From the IMG/VR virus record IMGVR_UViG_3300031992_000016, positions 96,001 to 160,000 of that record: DNA of 64,000 bases; one strand, written 5' to 3'. The number at the start of each line of letters is the position of its first letter. Within the stretch, counting starts at the first letter, position 1. The notes under the pieces were generated by a model. The model searched no databases, was not told where the DNA came from, and saw nothing but the letters and a program-made list of their open reading frames with translations. Below, piece by piece: positions 62,716-64,000 of the stretch. The DNA comes from a virus (lineage: Duplodnaviria; Caudoviricetes). Both the position numbers and the translations under genes were made by a program.

Positions 62716-64000
62716 TTAACCTTGTGAATTCTTATTAGCGATAGTTTTATCTGATTTTTCACTATCAGCTTTTTCTGGTCGCCCACCTGTATTACTATCA
62801 GATTTGGCCGTTTTACTCTAACTTACTTCGCCCGCAGTTTTACCACTAGAACCAACTGCTTTACCAGACATAGTAGAAGACATCATTGGCGGTATCATAA
62901 TATCAGACAAATGAAGTATCTCATTCTCGAAATGAGCAGTAGCTAAAATAGAACTCTGCCGTTGTCCCATAGCAACAAGAGGTAACATTTTAGAATAACC
63001 AATCTGCACTAATTCTTTATAGAATTTCGCAACTTCTTGGTAATTATAAATGGTAGTTTCTAACATATAGCTGCGGAAACTATACCGTTTATTTGGGGGA
63101 CACTTTTTAGTTATCATTTTATTAAGGAAGGCTTCATACTGTAACAATAAGTTACGCATAGTGGCTTCATCGTTTAAAATAGATGATTGCAAAGCGATGT
63201 TTCCATCACTATTGAATAAATTTTGTGAAACACCAAATTCATTATAGACTTGTCTCTCAATCTTCTCCAAACCATCCGCCGCGGCAGCAGTGCTATTTGA
63301 GTCAGCCATATCTGCAACATCAACGTCCGCAAAGGTAGTTAATACATCAACACCGACCGCACGTTTTAACATACTAACTGCATTATTATGAATATCACGT
63401 GCTTCATCAACGTCGAATATTAAATCACCATTTTTATCAAGAGGCAATTTCTAAATCAATACTTTTAATAACTATTGCATGGTCTTACGACGGTCTAAAT
63501 CCTGCGCCTAGTCTAAATCAATTAATGTAGGAATAGAATTAACCAAAATTGGCATATCCGACCCATTTAAATTAAATTTAAACGCGGCAGCTGTATCCAA
63601 CAAATACCAACCTTCACTATCACCAATGCCATCGCCCATTAGCTTATGCCGCTTATATAATAAATATCCTTCTTGGAAATCTTCTGGGAACATTTTCAAA
63701 ATCTTCATACGATAAACCGCATCAGGAAATTTATCATCAAAGAAGCGCATATTAAATTCAATAGCCGGCATCCCAGCTTTAAAATAGCGACTGCGGCAAT
63801 AATCAGTTGGTAGCTCTTGAATTGTCATACAGTCTTTGGTATCAACCCAATAACCATAATAACAACCATCTCGAATAACCTTTAATGCAATATCGCCAAA
63901 TACTTTTTTGAGATTAGAATTATCTAAATAAGTAAGTATTCGCGCAAATTCTGTCAGCACTTTATCTTCTTTTAATTTATCATCTTCGATAATATATGGC
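62716..64000 (-). CDS. Portal protein, 5' end outside the window
   Basis: ORFs 63508..63960 and 62818..63447 join through TAGs (LIDLD*AQDLDRRKTMQ*LLKVLI*KLPLDKNGD) and end GGRPEK...IANKNSQG at TAA 62716. Position upstream of the protease gene. Confidence 0.75.

Noticed and set aside
1-64000. Decayed prophage or mass pseudogenisation as the cause of fragmented ORFs
   Set aside because: Interruptions are essentially all TAG, frames are preserved over many kb, and SD sites, overlaps and terminators are intact. Random decay would also give TAA, TGA and frameshifts.
1-64000. TAG as pyrrolysine or sequencing error
   Set aside because: TAG is far too frequent, occurs in runs, and aligns with CAA/CAG in internal repeats. 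No pyl genes are present in the window.
1-64000. Suppressor tRNA, release factor, lysis genes, integrase or reverse transcriptase in this window
   Set aside because: After read-through the intergenic gaps are short and hold only hairpins and SD sites. No cloverleaf or matching protein motifs were seen by eye; a tRNAscan-SE or Aragorn run would confirm.

Overview
This window is the morphogenesis (late) module of a large tailed phage, encoded entirely on the minus strand. From right to left it runs: portal (partial), protease/scaffold, capsid-associated protein, major capsid, neck/head-tail proteins, major tail protein, probable tail chaperone, a giant tape measure protein, tail-tip/baseplate proteins, several fibre/adhesin proteins, and a long tail fibre running off the left edge. 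The supplied ORF track looks shattered because the phage does not use TAG as stop. Nearly every minus-strand fragment ends at TAG, successive fragments share one frame, and reading TAG as sense gives about 26 tightly packed genes that end only in TAA or TGA, most with clear Shine-Dalgarno sites. An internal repeat aligns TAG with CAA, so TAG most likely encodes Gln (translation table 15). Strong AAGGAGG-type SD sites and a sigma-A promoter suggest a Bacillota host. No sheath gene is recognisable, so the tail is probably long and non-contractile. Notable elements: a 4552-aa tape measure with a beta-repeat insert, a 2681-aa tail-region protein with an apparently intact CotH-type kinase domain plus LRRs, four fibre proteins sharing an N-terminal docking motif, TAG avoidance in high-copy virion genes, and a sigma-A promoter inside the late operon. 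No tRNA, release factor, CRISPR array or mobile element was seen. Product calls come from motif recognition and gene order, not database searches. Frames were checked by hand, and only spot-checked in the longest genes.
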